A DNA stretch of 32,000 bases from Candidatus Saccharibacteria bacterium oral taxon 488 (GCA_010202845.1 CP047921.1:180001-212000); one strand, 5' to 3'; counted from the stretch's first letter, positions 1-8,477 are shown. Translations and numbers: made by a program. Notes: a model not told the origin generated them from the sequence alone.

Positions 1-1
1 T

Positions 2-2077
2 GGCATCGCGCCCTTCCATGTGATTGATGATAACGGCTACTACACTGACACCAATTACAAAGGCCTGGAGGTATGGGAAAATAATAAATTCATCGCCAAA
101 GACCTGAAAGAAAAGGGTGTGGTGTGGAAGATTGAGTACATTCGTCACGAATATCCGTTCAATCCGAGAAGCAAACAGCGCATCATGTACCGGGCCATCC
201 CAAGCTGGTTCTTCGACATCCAGGGCCAGAAGCCGCTGATGTTGGAGCAAAACGAGCATATCAATTGGTTCCCGGCTCATCTCAAGCACGGCCGCTTTGC
301 CAAGAATATCGAGCAAGCACCAGATTGGAATCTCAGCCGCGACCGCTTCTGGGCGACGGCCATGCCGGTGTGGAAGGGCGACCGGGGTACGGTCAAAGTG
401 GTCGGGTCGTATGCGGAGCTGAAGGAGCTCAGCGGCGTGGAGCTGGATGATTACCACCGCCCGTGGGTGGATGACATCACCTTTGAAATTGACGGCGAGA
501 AGTTCACGCGCATCGACAAAGTGTTGGACTGCTGGTTTGAGAGCGGCAGTATGCCGTTTGCACAACTGCATTATCCGTTTGAAAACCAGGCCAAGTTTGA
601 GCAGAATTATCCGGCGGACTTCATCGTTGAGTACATCGGCCAGGTGCGGGCGTGGTTCTACTATGTGCATGCCGTCAACACTGCTTTGGCGGAGATTGGT
701 GCCTTTGGCGAGGCTGGTGAGCAGCATAAAAACGCCTACAGCAACGTCATCACCACCGGTGTGGTGGCGGGTAATGACGGCCGCAAGATGAGTAAATCCC
801 TCGGTAACTTTACCGACCCGAACGAGCTGATGGATAAGTTCAGTGCCGATTCTTTGCGCTTTTTGCTGCTATCCAGTCCGCTGCTCAATGGCGAGGATTT
901 TGCCTTACATGATAAAGATGTCGGCGACGTGGCGCGCAAACTTGCCATGATTTGGAATATGTACGACTTCTTTACGATGTATGCTGAGGTTGATGGTTGG
1001 GAGTTTGACGGCGAGTTGGTTGATCCGCTGAGCGGTCAAGCGATATCTGGTGACGAAGGCTTTGCCTTTCCGGCAAAGCGAGGCCAAGAGCGCCAACTGG
1101 ATCAATTGGCGGCCGAGCGGCCTGAGGCAACGGATATCGCGACCGTAGTTAACGTAGTCACGAATCCACTTGACATCTGGATTGTCAGCCGCTTGCATCA
1201 GCTGGTCGCAGAAGTTGAAAAGAATATGGGTGCCTACAACATTCCTGATGCGCTTAGTCCGATTTTGCCGTTCCTCGACGACGCCTCCAACTGGTATGTT
1301 CGCCGCAGTCGCCGCCGCTTCTGGAGATCGTCGAAAGGGGCCGCGGGCGCTGAGGATGATGGTGATAAAAATGATGCTTACCGCACGCTTCACTACGTGC
1401 TGGTGCGCTTGAGCTACATTTTGGCGCCGTTTACGCCGTTCTTAGCCGAGGAGTTGTATCATAATCTGACGGGCGACGATGAGTCGATTCATCTGAAGGA
1501 TTGGCTCACGGCTGGGGCGGTCAATGAGCAGGTGCTGGCCGATATGTCCCGGACGCGCGAATTGATCAACAACGGCCTTAGTTTGCGGATGAAGCAGGAT
1601 GAGCATCAAACATCGATCAAGGTTCGCCAGCCGCTGCAATGTGCGGCATATGCGGGTGCAAAGCTGGCTGAGTACTACGAGCAGATCATGGCCGAGGAGC
1701 TAAATGTTAAGGAAATTCGCTGGATTGAGAATCTAGACGAACACCTGGCGGACTATGACGTGACCGAGGGCATGATCAAGCCAGAGAATTGGATCGAAAT
1801 TAGCAAGCAATTGACGCCCGAGCTCAAACGCGAAGGCCTGATGCGTGAAGTCATTCGCCACGTCCAAAGCGCGCGCAAGAAGGCGGGATTGCAAGTGGAC
1901 GATCGGATTATGCTGCAGCTGACGACGAATGACGAGCAGCTCCGCCAAGCGATTGATGAGCATGCTGAGGTGATTGCTACTGAGACGCTGGCGGTGTTTG
2001 GCAAGGTACATGACAATCAGTCGACAGTGATGGTTGAAGGGGCTGAGCTCGAGATTGCTCTTGTTGTTGTAAAATAG
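2..2077 (+). CDS. ileS: isoleucyl-tRNA synthetase, C-terminal ~690 aa (5' end lies left of the window)
   Basis: The frame is open from nt 2 (GIAPFHV...), so the GTG at 20 is internal. Class I KMSKS loop (GRKMSKSLGNF). IleRS-type C-terminal region (WYVRRSRRRFW, LAPFTPFLAEELY). Confidence 0.9.
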   Translation, partial: GIAPFHVIDDNGYYTDTNYKGLEVWENNKFIAKDLKEKGVVWKIEYIRHEYPFNPRSKQRIMYRAIPSWFFDIQGQKPLMLEQNEHINWFPAHLKHGRFAKNIEQAPDWNLSRDRFWATAMPVWKGDRGTVKVVGSYAELKELSGVELDDYHRPWVDDITFEIDGEKFTRIDKVLDCWFESGSMPFAQLHYPFENQAKFEQNYPADFIVEYIGQVRAWFYYVHAVNTALAEIGAFGEAGEQHKNAYSNVITTGVVAGNDGRKMSKSLGNFTDPNELMDKFSADSLRFLLLSSPLLNGEDFALHDKDVGDVARKLAMIWNMYDFFTMYAEVDGWEFDGELVDPLSGQAISGDEGFAFPAKRGQERQLDQLAAERPEATDIATVVNVVTNPLDIWIVSRLHQLVAEVEKNMGAYNIPDALSPILPFLDDASNWYVRRSRRRFWRSSKGAAGAEDDGDKNDAYRTLHYVLVRLSYILAPFTPFLAEELYHNLTGDDESIHLKDWLTAGAVNEQVLADMSRTRELINNGLSLRMKQDEHQTSIKVRQPLQCAAYAGAKLAEYYEQIMAEELNVKEIRWIENLDEHLADYDVTEGMIKPENWIEISKQLTPELKREGLMREVIRHVQSARKKAGLQVDDRIMLQLTTNDEQLRQAIDEHAEVIATETLAVFGKVHDNQSTVMVEGAELEIALVVVK

Positions 2078-2182
2078 TCATCATGATAAAAGTTACTACC
2101 TCAAAACTAATGCGTGACAAGCGTTTGCTCGGTCTCGCGCTGATCGGGCACTCATGACCTTGGCGATCGCCATGCAACGCGG

Positions 2183-2188
2183 TACAAT
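2183..2188 (+). promoter_or_regulatory. -10 box TACAAT, 6 nt upstream of ATG 2195 (leaderless-type promoter)
   Basis: TACAAT at 2183-2188, then gggtct, then the ATG. There is no SD between them. Confidence 0.45.
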
Positions 2189-2194
2189 GGGTCT

Positions 2195-3541
2195 ATGTAT
2201 GGTTTAGCAGTGCTCAGTCAGTTACTCTTTTTCGCGCGAGCCGGTGGCGGCGGGTCAAGTTCTGGCGGCGGTGGTGGTGGCGTTGCCCTTTTCGGGATAC
2301 CGATGGTAGTTGCAATTTCGGTAAGTGGTTTTGTGAAAAAAACCACTCAGTCAAAGATGGCCGCCATAGCGGTCGGGTTTTTGGCCGGTCTACTCGCTAG
2401 CTTGTTCTACCTACTCGGCGGTGTTGTTATATTTACTCTGGTGGCTATCTCGGCATTAGTCGGTGCGATTATCGGGGCATTTACGGATAAGATCAGCCGT
2501 TTTCGCAAAGGCAGCGAGGCTGCAAAACAGGCCGTTCAGCAAGCAGCTACCCAGGACAGCGCCTGGAATGAGCAGGGTATTGTCAATTACGCAACGACGG
2601 TGTTTAATCGGTTTCAGTATGATTGGGAGCGGATGGATTTGCCATCAATTCAGCAATACGTTACGCCGAATTATGCGCGGCACATCGGACTAATGTTGTA
2701 CGCTTTACAACAGATGGGGCGAGTCAATCGTATGAAAGGGGTGGCGATTGATGAGGCTGTTATCACACGGGCGTATGACGATGTGAATGATCAGAATGAT
2801 CGAGTGAGCGTGAGCTTCATTGCTTCAGCTAATGACGAATTGGTTGATGTTACGAGTGGTGCAGTGCTGTATCGTGACACTAGTGAATTTGGTGAACAGT
2901 GGAACTTTGTGCGCTCAGGCAACGGCTGGCTACTAGATAGTATCGACCAGGCAACAGAAGACTCTATGCAGCGTATCGCGTCTATGCAGCAATTTGCAGC
3001 GCAATATAATATGTATTTCAGTCCGGATTGGGGACGGTTACTACTGCCAACTAGGGGTGAGTTATTCAAGAAGGGTTTTGAGGGTACTGATATCAATAAC
3101 CATATCATTGGGTTTTGGACGGGTAATTTGCTGGTGCAACTGTATACGTATATGGCCGATACCTCAAATGGTGATTCAGCAGTTACCTATATTATTGGGC
3201 AGGTTAATTTGCCAAAGTCGTATGGTGGTATTTTAGTGGAACGTCGGGATTCACGTTTCCTGAAACGGTTTAGGGCGCCATCAGGCTATAAAAAAGTAGA
3301 ACTGGAATGGGGCGACTTTAATAAGCGCTACCAAGTATATGCCACCGATGAGAATCAGGTGACGAGCTTTGAGCTGCTCAATCCAAGTTTCATGGCATGG
3401 TTGTATGATCAAGACATTAAGGTTAATATTGAGGTGGTAGATAATATTGTTTATCTCTATGCCAAAATTTCCACTGGCGAGATGCGCTACGCGGAGATGA
3501 TGGATATTTTGCAGAAATCACATAAAGAACTCAAGATGTAA
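2195..3541 (+). CDS. membrane protein: Gly-rich N-terminus + TM helices + Tim44-like domain + DUF3137-like C-terminal region
   Basis: The N-terminal hydrophobic segment ends in ARA and is followed by G4S3G6, then 2-3 TM helices. Next comes a Tim44/NTF2-like pattern (FNRFQYDWERMDL...EQWNFVRSGNGWLLDSIDQ). The C-terminal part resembles DUF3137 (VELEWGDFNKRYQVYATDENQVTSFELLNPSFMAWL). Confidence 0.75.
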   Translation: MYGLAVLSQLLFFARAGGGGSSSGGGGGGVALFGIPMVVAISVSGFVKKTTQSKMAAIAVGFLAGLLASLFYLLGGVVIFTLVAISALVGAIIGAFTDKISRFRKGSEAAKQAVQQAATQDSAWNEQGIVNYATTVFNRFQYDWERMDLPSIQQYVTPNYARHIGLMLYALQQMGRVNRMKGVAIDEAVITRAYDDVNDQNDRVSVSFIASANDELVDVTSGAVLYRDTSEFGEQWNFVRSGNGWLLDSIDQATEDSMQRIASMQQFAAQYNMYFSPDWGRLLLPTRGELFKKGFEGTDINNHIIGFWTGNLLVQLYTYMADTSNGDSAVTYIIGQVNLPKSYGGILVERRDSRFLKRFRAPSGYKKVELEWGDFNKRYQVYATDENQVTSFELLNPSFMAWLYDQDIKVNIEVVDNIVYLYAKISTGEMRYAEMMDILQKSHKELKM

Positions 3542-3550
3542 GGAGGAAAT

Positions 3551-4381
3551 ATGATTACCAAAGCTATTATTCCGGTCGCTGGTTGGGGCACACGAATGCT
3601 ACCAATTACTAAATCGATTGAAAAATGCATGCTGCCAATTGGCAATCGACCGCTGATTGATTATGTGGTGCAGGACTGCTTGGCGGCCGGCGTGCGTGAG
3701 CTGATTTTTGTGGTTGGCGAGCAGAGCTCACAGTTAGAGAGCTATTATCGGAGCAATATTTTACTTAATGATTATTTGCGGAGCAAGGGCAAAGATGACA
3801 AGTTGGCTCTGGTGGCGCCGATTGATGCGAAGCTTCACTTTGTGACGCAACCGAGCTACGGTAAGTACGGATCAGCGGTACCGGTGGCCTTGGCAGCGGA
3901 CTATATCGAGGACGGCGAGTCGGCAGTGGTGCTGATGGGCGATGACTTTATATATAATGCCGACGGCTCAAGCGAGGTAGCGCGGTTGATAGCAGCAACA
4001 CCAGACGGTCAGTGCAGTCTATTAGTCCAGGAAGTGCCGGGTGATGACATTAGCCGATATGGGGCGATTATGATGGATGAGGATGGTAACTTTGTAGAGA
4101 TTGTTGAAAAACCGAAGCCAGAAGAGGCGCCAAGTCACTTTGCCAACACCGGTAAGTACGTTCTCACCAAACAAGTGATTCAGTCTTGTGCCGATGTTGA
4201 AATATCGCCGCGTGGTGAGTATGAATTAACTGATGCAGTCAGTAATTATGCTCGGGCCGGCGGTGTCGTCAAGGTTGTGCCAGCGGTAGGTATGCATTTG
4301 GACGGCGGTAACGTCGATGGTTGGCTGCATGCGAACAATGTAGTATGTGGGCGATCTGGATCATGTTCGTGTGAAATCTGA
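3551..4381 (+). CDS. galU: UTP--glucose-1-phosphate uridylyltransferase-like sugar nucleotidyltransferase
   Basis: AIIPVAGWGTRMLPITK nucleotide-binding motif, LMGDD, VEKPKPEEAPSHFANTGKYVL. SD AGGAGG lies upstream of the ATG. Confidence 0.8.
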   Translation: MITKAIIPVAGWGTRMLPITKSIEKCMLPIGNRPLIDYVVQDCLAAGVRELIFVVGEQSSQLESYYRSNILLNDYLRSKGKDDKLALVAPIDAKLHFVTQPSYGKYGSAVPVALAADYIEDGESAVVLMGDDFIYNADGSSEVARLIAATPDGQCSLLVQEVPGDDISRYGAIMMDEDGNFVEIVEKPKPEEAPSHFANTGKYVLTKQVIQSCADVEISPRGEYELTDAVSNYARAGGVVKVVPAVGMHLDGGNVDGWLHANNVVCGRSGSCSCEI

Positions 4382-4393
4382 TCGAACATGATC
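4359..4393 (+). terminator. hairpin (perfect 11-bp inverted repeat) spanning the galU stop codon; possible weak terminator
   Basis: GATCATGTTCG (4359-4369) / CGAACATGATC (4383-4393) with a 13-nt loop, followed by tttactt (a poor T-tract). Confidence 0.4.
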
Positions 4394-4398
4394 TTTAC

Positions 4399-4427
4399 TT
4401 GCCAGACGCTTATGCTTAACGTATAAT
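4399..4427 (+). promoter_or_regulatory. sigma70-type promoter of the surface-protein gene
   Basis: TTGCCA (4399-4404), 17-nt spacer, TATAAT (4422-4427). A ~56-nt leader ends with SD AGGGGG before ATG 4484. Confidence 0.6.
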
Positions 4428-4483
4428 GTAGGCGTTAGTACTCTAAATACCGAAATATACAATAATAACAGGGGGCATCACGC

Positions 4484-7400
4484 ATGAAGATAACACAAAA
4501 GACAAAGCGATTGTTGCTGGCGAATGCTGTAGTTGCGGCTATTGTCGGCGTGTTGACAATGCACTACCTAGCATCAAGCCAGTTGGCGAAAGCTGATCCT
4601 ATCAATTCAACTGACTTCGTCATGACTATTGATACGCGAAAAGGAGCTGGCAACACGTTTACCATACCGACATTTGGTAGTGGTTATAATTACAACGTTG
4701 CATGCGGTAATGGTGTGACGCTGACTGGTCAGACGGGTAATGCGGTATGTTCGTATGCAACAGCTGGTGAGTATCAGATTCGCATTAGCGGCGCTTTCCC
4801 GCGCATATTCTTTAACTTTACCGGTGATAAGCTAAAAGTTATTTCGATTGATCAGTGGGGTACGAATGAGTGGCTGAATATGGAGCATGCCTTTGATGGT
4901 GCCGAGAATCTCGATGTGAAGGCTACCGATAAACCGCGGATGGGCAAGGTGGTAAGTCTGGCGTATATGTTTCGAGATGCCAAGAACCTAAAGGGTGTGG
5001 GTGCTGACTGGCAATGGGACACCGCCAATGTCCAGAGTTTGAATAGTACGTTCTCTGGAGCTCGCCAGTTTAACCAAGACATTTCTAATTGGAATACGGC
5101 TAAGGTAACTGACATGGATAACACGTTTACCAATGCCTACGAGTTTAATCAGCCGATTCAGAAATGGGATGTTAGCAAAGTAACGACGATGGTGGCAGTA
5201 TTGGCATACGCCAAAAAGTTTAATCAGCCAATTGGTGAGTGGAATACCGCACGATTGTCGGATGCTCTCCTAGCGCTTGCTGGTGCTGAGAAATTTGACC
5301 AGTCACTGGCACATTGGGATGTCCGTCAATTAACAAATGCAGACGGATTACTCAATGGAATAAAGATATCGACTCCAAATTATGATGCAACATTGATGGC
5401 GTGGCAGGGACAGACAGTAAATAATAACGTCAAGCTCGGCGGTGGTAATAGCAAGTTCTGCCTGGCGGATACGCAGCGCAGCAACTTGGTGAACGCAAAA
5501 GCATGGACGATTGCTGATGGCGGTAAAGACTGTACAGCATATGCAGTCACCGCGGTAGACTATGCCGGTGCTGCCAATATTGATGAGAACAGCGCAGTCG
5601 GGACAGTGTTGGGTCGGCTGACGAGTACTGACGCTGTCGGCTCACCACAGGGTGATTTCACCTATACGCTTGGCTGTGCTGGTGCGCAAAATAATCTTGT
5701 GACGATTGATGGCGACACGATCAAGCTAGCACGGTCACCAGACTATGAGCAGAATGCCACGCTGGCAATTTGTATTCGCGCTACCAACAAAGCAGGGCAG
5801 ACATTTGATAAACACCTAACGATTACGGTGAATAATCTGTTCACCCTTTCGTATAATGCAAACGGTGCTAATGCTGGTACAGTGCCAGCCTCAACAGGAG
5901 AGACGCTTCGTTCTGGTGCTACAGTGGCTGCGGCAGCAAATACCGGTAACTTGGCAAAAACCGGCCATACTTTCACTGGTTGGAATATGATGGCTAATGG
6001 TGGTGGCACAGCATATGCGACAGGTGCAACAGTGACGATAACGGCCGATACAACGCTATATGCGCAGTGGCAGGTCAACAACTATACATTGCATTTTGAT
6101 ACCAAGGGCGGCTCTACTGTACCGGATCAAACAGTGGTATTTGGTGCGAAGGCAACAGCACCAGCAGTGCCAACTAAAACAGGTCACACGTTCGCTGGTT
6201 GGTACAAGGACGCTGGATTTACGCAACCCTGGGATTTTACGACTGACACGATGCCGGCAGCTGACACAACACTTCATGCTAAGTGGACAGTGAATCAGTA
6301 TAAGGTGCACTATGATGCAAATACTGGTAGTGGCGCAACGCCAGATACCGTTGGTAATTATGATGCTACGGTACAGTTGGCGAACAGTAACTTTACAAAA
6401 ACCGGTCATGCCTTCACTGGTTGGAATATGATGGCTAACGGTGGTGGCACAGCATATGCAGCTGGTGATAATTTCCACCTAACTGGCGACGTAACGTTGT
6501 ATGCCCAGTGGCGCAAGAATAACTATACGCTTACTTTTGATTCACGGGATGGTTCACCTGTACCGCCACAAACGGTAGAGTACGGCGCCAAGGCAACTGA
6601 GCCAACCCCGCCGACCAAAACCGGTCACACATTCGCTGGTTGGTATAAAGATGCCGGGTTCACTAATCCATGGAACTTTGGCACTGACACGATGCCAGAT
6701 GCCAACACAACACTGTATGCCAAGTGGACGATTAATCAGTATAAGGTGCATTATGATGCAAATACCGGCACGGGAACGATGAGCGATACAGTCGGTAACT
6801 ATAATAGTACTGTTCAGGCAGCGGCAAATAGCTTCACGAAAGCGGGCCATGCCTTCACTGGCTGGAATACTGAGGCAAATGGTACGGGCACGCCGTATGC
6901 CGCTGGCGCTAATATTCAGCTAACAGGTGACGTGACACTGTACGCTCAGTGGCGCGATTCACAGCCACCGGTAACACCGGCTGCCGCTCCAGATATGACC
7001 GCCGCTTCAGACACTGGTGATAGTAACTCAGACAATATTACGAATAAAACCAAGCCAGCCTTTACGCTGATGTGTACCGAGGCAGGCAGCACCTTGACGC
7101 TATATGTAGATGGGGTTGCAAATGGGACGGTGAACTGTACTGGCCCCGGTCCAGTTGATGTAGTTCCGACAACACCACTGCCTGAGGGTAATCACGCGAT
7201 AACATTTACTGAGACTGATGCGGCTGGTAATGCTTCGCAGGGCTCACCGGCACTAACGGTAACAATTGATACGACTGCTCCGGCCGCTCCAGCGGTTACG
7301 GTTGATTCGGTGACTGCTGATAATACAATTAATGCCGCTGAAGCAGCTGCGCCGCAAATTATTCGTGGCTTGGCTACTGGTACTCGTCCTGGTGATAAGG

Positions 7401-8338
7401 TGAGGGTAACGGTTAATGGTACGACGTATGAGACGACTGTTGATGGGACCGGCGCCTTTGCAGTGACAGTTCCGGGTGCTGAGCTAGTATCAGACCCCGA
7501 TCATACGATTGACGTAACGGTAATTGCTTCTGACGTGGCTGGCAATACGACTAGTACGAGTATGACAAAAACCTACAACGTTGATGCTGATGTTGTTGCG
7601 CCACCAGCGAAAGCAACGCTTAAATCATCTTCTGATTCCGGTGCGAGCGACTCAGATAATATTACCAACAACACGACACCGACGGTAATACTGCAGTGTA
7701 TATCAGCTACCGACAAGCTGCATCTTATCGTTGATGGTGTTGAGGTGCAGACTATCAACTGTACAGCAGTGGGACCGGTTGAGGTGACTTTACCGAATGC
7801 ATTAAATGATGGCAATCATACCGTGGTGTACCGCAGAGAGACGCCAGCTGGTAATATATCAGCACCGTCAACACCGCTAACACTGACGATTGATACGATT
7901 GCGCCGACTGGCACGCTTGGCACGCAACAAGCCACGACTGCTTCGCCTGCTTTGAGCGGTACGGTAACTGATTCTGCTGCTAAGGTAACTGTAACTATTA
8001 ATGGTGTTGATTATCCGGCGACGGTTGCAGGAGGAACTTGGACACTGCCGGCGAATGTTATCGCTGCGCTTGGCAATGGAGTGCACACGGTCAAGCTAAC
8101 CTTTACCGACATCGCTGGCAATACCTCGACCGTGACAAAGCCATTCACAATCACTTTACCAACACCACCGGCTCCACAGCCGCAGCCGGGCAGTCCAAAT
8201 CCAGCTCAGAGCCAGAATCAGAAGAAATCTGGCACATCACTAGCCGACACTGGTGATAATGGTTATCTACTTATTGGCATATCGAGTCTCGCGGTTGCCG
8301 CTGGTCTGATCGGTATTTATCGGTTACGGCGTTTGTAG
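4484..8338 (+). CDS. large cell-wall-anchored modular surface protein (adhesin-like), LAxTG sorting signal
   Basis: Signal peptide with AKA|DP. FNQxIxxW 26-residue repeats (DUF285/BspA-type). Cadherin-like module (IDENSAVGTVLG...DYEQ). Five Listeria-Bacteroides (Flg_new) repeats (TGHTFxGW...LYAQW). Four Ig-like modules (SDxGxSxSDNITN). P/Q-rich stalk. LADTG + TM + RLRRL. Confidence 0.9.
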   Translation: MKITQKTKRLLLANAVVAAIVGVLTMHYLASSQLAKADPINSTDFVMTIDTRKGAGNTFTIPTFGSGYNYNVACGNGVTLTGQTGNAVCSYATAGEYQIRISGAFPRIFFNFTGDKLKVISIDQWGTNEWLNMEHAFDGAENLDVKATDKPRMGKVVSLAYMFRDAKNLKGVGADWQWDTANVQSLNSTFSGARQFNQDISNWNTAKVTDMDNTFTNAYEFNQPIQKWDVSKVTTMVAVLAYAKKFNQPIGEWNTARLSDALLALAGAEKFDQSLAHWDVRQLTNADGLLNGIKISTPNYDATLMAWQGQTVNNNVKLGGGNSKFCLADTQRSNLVNAKAWTIADGGKDCTAYAVTAVDYAGAANIDENSAVGTVLGRLTSTDAVGSPQGDFTYTLGCAGAQNNLVTIDGDTIKLARSPDYEQNATLAICIRATNKAGQTFDKHLTITVNNLFTLSYNANGANAGTVPASTGETLRSGATVAAAANTGNLAKTGHTFTGWNMMANGGGTAYATGATVTITADTTLYAQWQVNNYTLHFDTKGGSTVPDQTVVFGAKATAPAVPTKTGHTFAGWYKDAGFTQPWDFTTDTMPAADTTLHAKWTVNQYKVHYDANTGSGATPDTVGNYDATVQLANSNFTKTGHAFTGWNMMANGGGTAYAAGDNFHLTGDVTLYAQWRKNNYTLTFDSRDGSPVPPQTVEYGAKATEPTPPTKTGHTFAGWYKDAGFTNPWNFGTDTMPDANTTLYAKWTINQYKVHYDANTGTGTMSDTVGNYNSTVQAAANSFTKAGHAFTGWNTEANGTGTPYAAGANIQLTGDVTLYAQWRDSQPPVTPAAAPDMTAASDTGDSNSDNITNKTKPAFTLMCTEAGSTLTLYVDGVANGTVNCTGPGPVDVVPTTPLPEGNHAITFTETDAAGNASQGSPALTVTIDTTAPAAPAVTVDSVTADNTINAAEAAAPQIIRGLATGTRPGDKVRVTVNGTTYETTVDGTGAFAVTVPGAELVSDPDHTIDVTVIASDVAGNTTSTSMTKTYNVDADVVAPPAKATLKSSSDSGASDSDNITNNTTPTVILQCISATDKLHLIVDGVEVQTINCTAVGPVEVTLPNALNDGNHTVVYRRETPAGNISAPSTPLTLTIDTIAPTGTLGTQQATTASPALSGTVTDSAAKVTVTINGVDYPATVAGGTWTLPANVIAALGNGVHTVKLTFTDIAGNTSTVTKPFTITLPTPPAPQPQPGSPNPAQSQNQKKSGTSLADTGDNGYLLIGISSLAVAAGLIGIYRLRRL
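4880..5410 (+). repeat. coding repeats: ~5 copies of the 26-residue surface-protein repeat (DUF285/TIGR02167-like)
   Basis: Reiterated F(N/D)Q(D/P/S)I..W(N/D)...(V/L)(T/S). Examples: ARQFNQDISNWNTAKVTDM, AYEFNQPIQKWDVSKVTTM, AKKFNQPIGEWNTARLSDA, AEKFDQSLAHWDVRQLTNA. Confidence 0.7.
5840..6955 (+). repeat. coding tandem array: 5 Flg_new modules organised as 2.5 copies of a 441-nt two-module unit
   Basis: Module starts at 5840, 6077, 6293, 6518 and 6734. 6077->6518 and 6293->6734 are both exactly 441 nt. 5972-6018 and 6413-6459 are identical at 46 of 47 nt. Confidence 0.85.
7007..8155 (+). repeat. coding repeats: four Ig-like modules arranged as an (a-b)(c-d) duplication with ~624-nt period
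   Basis: Module a (SDTGDSNSDNITNKTKP...TVTIDTTAP) is paralogous to c (SDSGASDSDNITNNTTP...TLTIDTIAP). Module b (VTVNGTTYETTVDGTG...DVAGNTTS) is paralogous to d (VTINGVDYPATVAGGT...DIAGNTST). The SD(T/S)G codons lie at 7007 and 7631. Confidence 0.7.
8240..8338 (+). other. C-terminal sortase sorting signal (LADTG, hydrophobic helix, RLRRL)
   Basis: LADTG is encoded at 8240-8254, followed by YLLIGISSLAVAAGLIGIY and a basic tail. Confidence 0.8.
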
Positions 8339-8477
8339 GTAGTAGCGCTAGAATTTGCTGGTGGGGATACATTAAAGCCAGTAGTGTTACGACGGGTAGG
8401 ATATTTGAATTACTGACACAGAACTACCGGTTAATATAGAGTATACCATATGGTGCAGCACGGATGTGATAATGTGA

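Noticed and set aside
905-1393. Long antisense or alternative-frame ORFs inside well-supported genes. Examples: 905-1393(-), 6056-6478(-), 16970-17410(+), 23407-23850(-), 25003-25485(-), 30575-31072(-).
   Set aside because: Each lies fully within a CDS with strong family motifs on the other strand or frame. Their translations are low-complexity, Arg/Ser/Cys-rich shadows typical of antisense frames.
2162-2171. GGCGATCGCC palindrome (HIP1-like); GCGATCGC also at 21884-21891.
   Set aside because: I noticed only a couple of copies, with no evidence of the over-representation seen in cyanobacteria.
2243-2281. GGN codon runs (also 31187-31219) as frameshift-type phase-variation tracts.
   Set aside because: The codons are mixed (GGT/GGC/GGA/GGG), not homopolymeric. 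Any slippage would be in-frame and would change only the Gly number.
5840-6955. Periodic repeats that could be mistaken for a CRISPR array or non-coding tandem repeat.
   Set aside because: The repeats are in-frame protein modules of 72-77 aa with diverged sequence. There are no short conserved repeat/unique spacer alternations and no cas genes.
8339-8465. Checked the 200-nt gap after the adhesin gene for a tRNA, small RNA or terminator.
   Set aside because: I saw no cloverleaf or T-loop signature and no convincing hairpin. The gap is AT-rich promoter-like sequence only.
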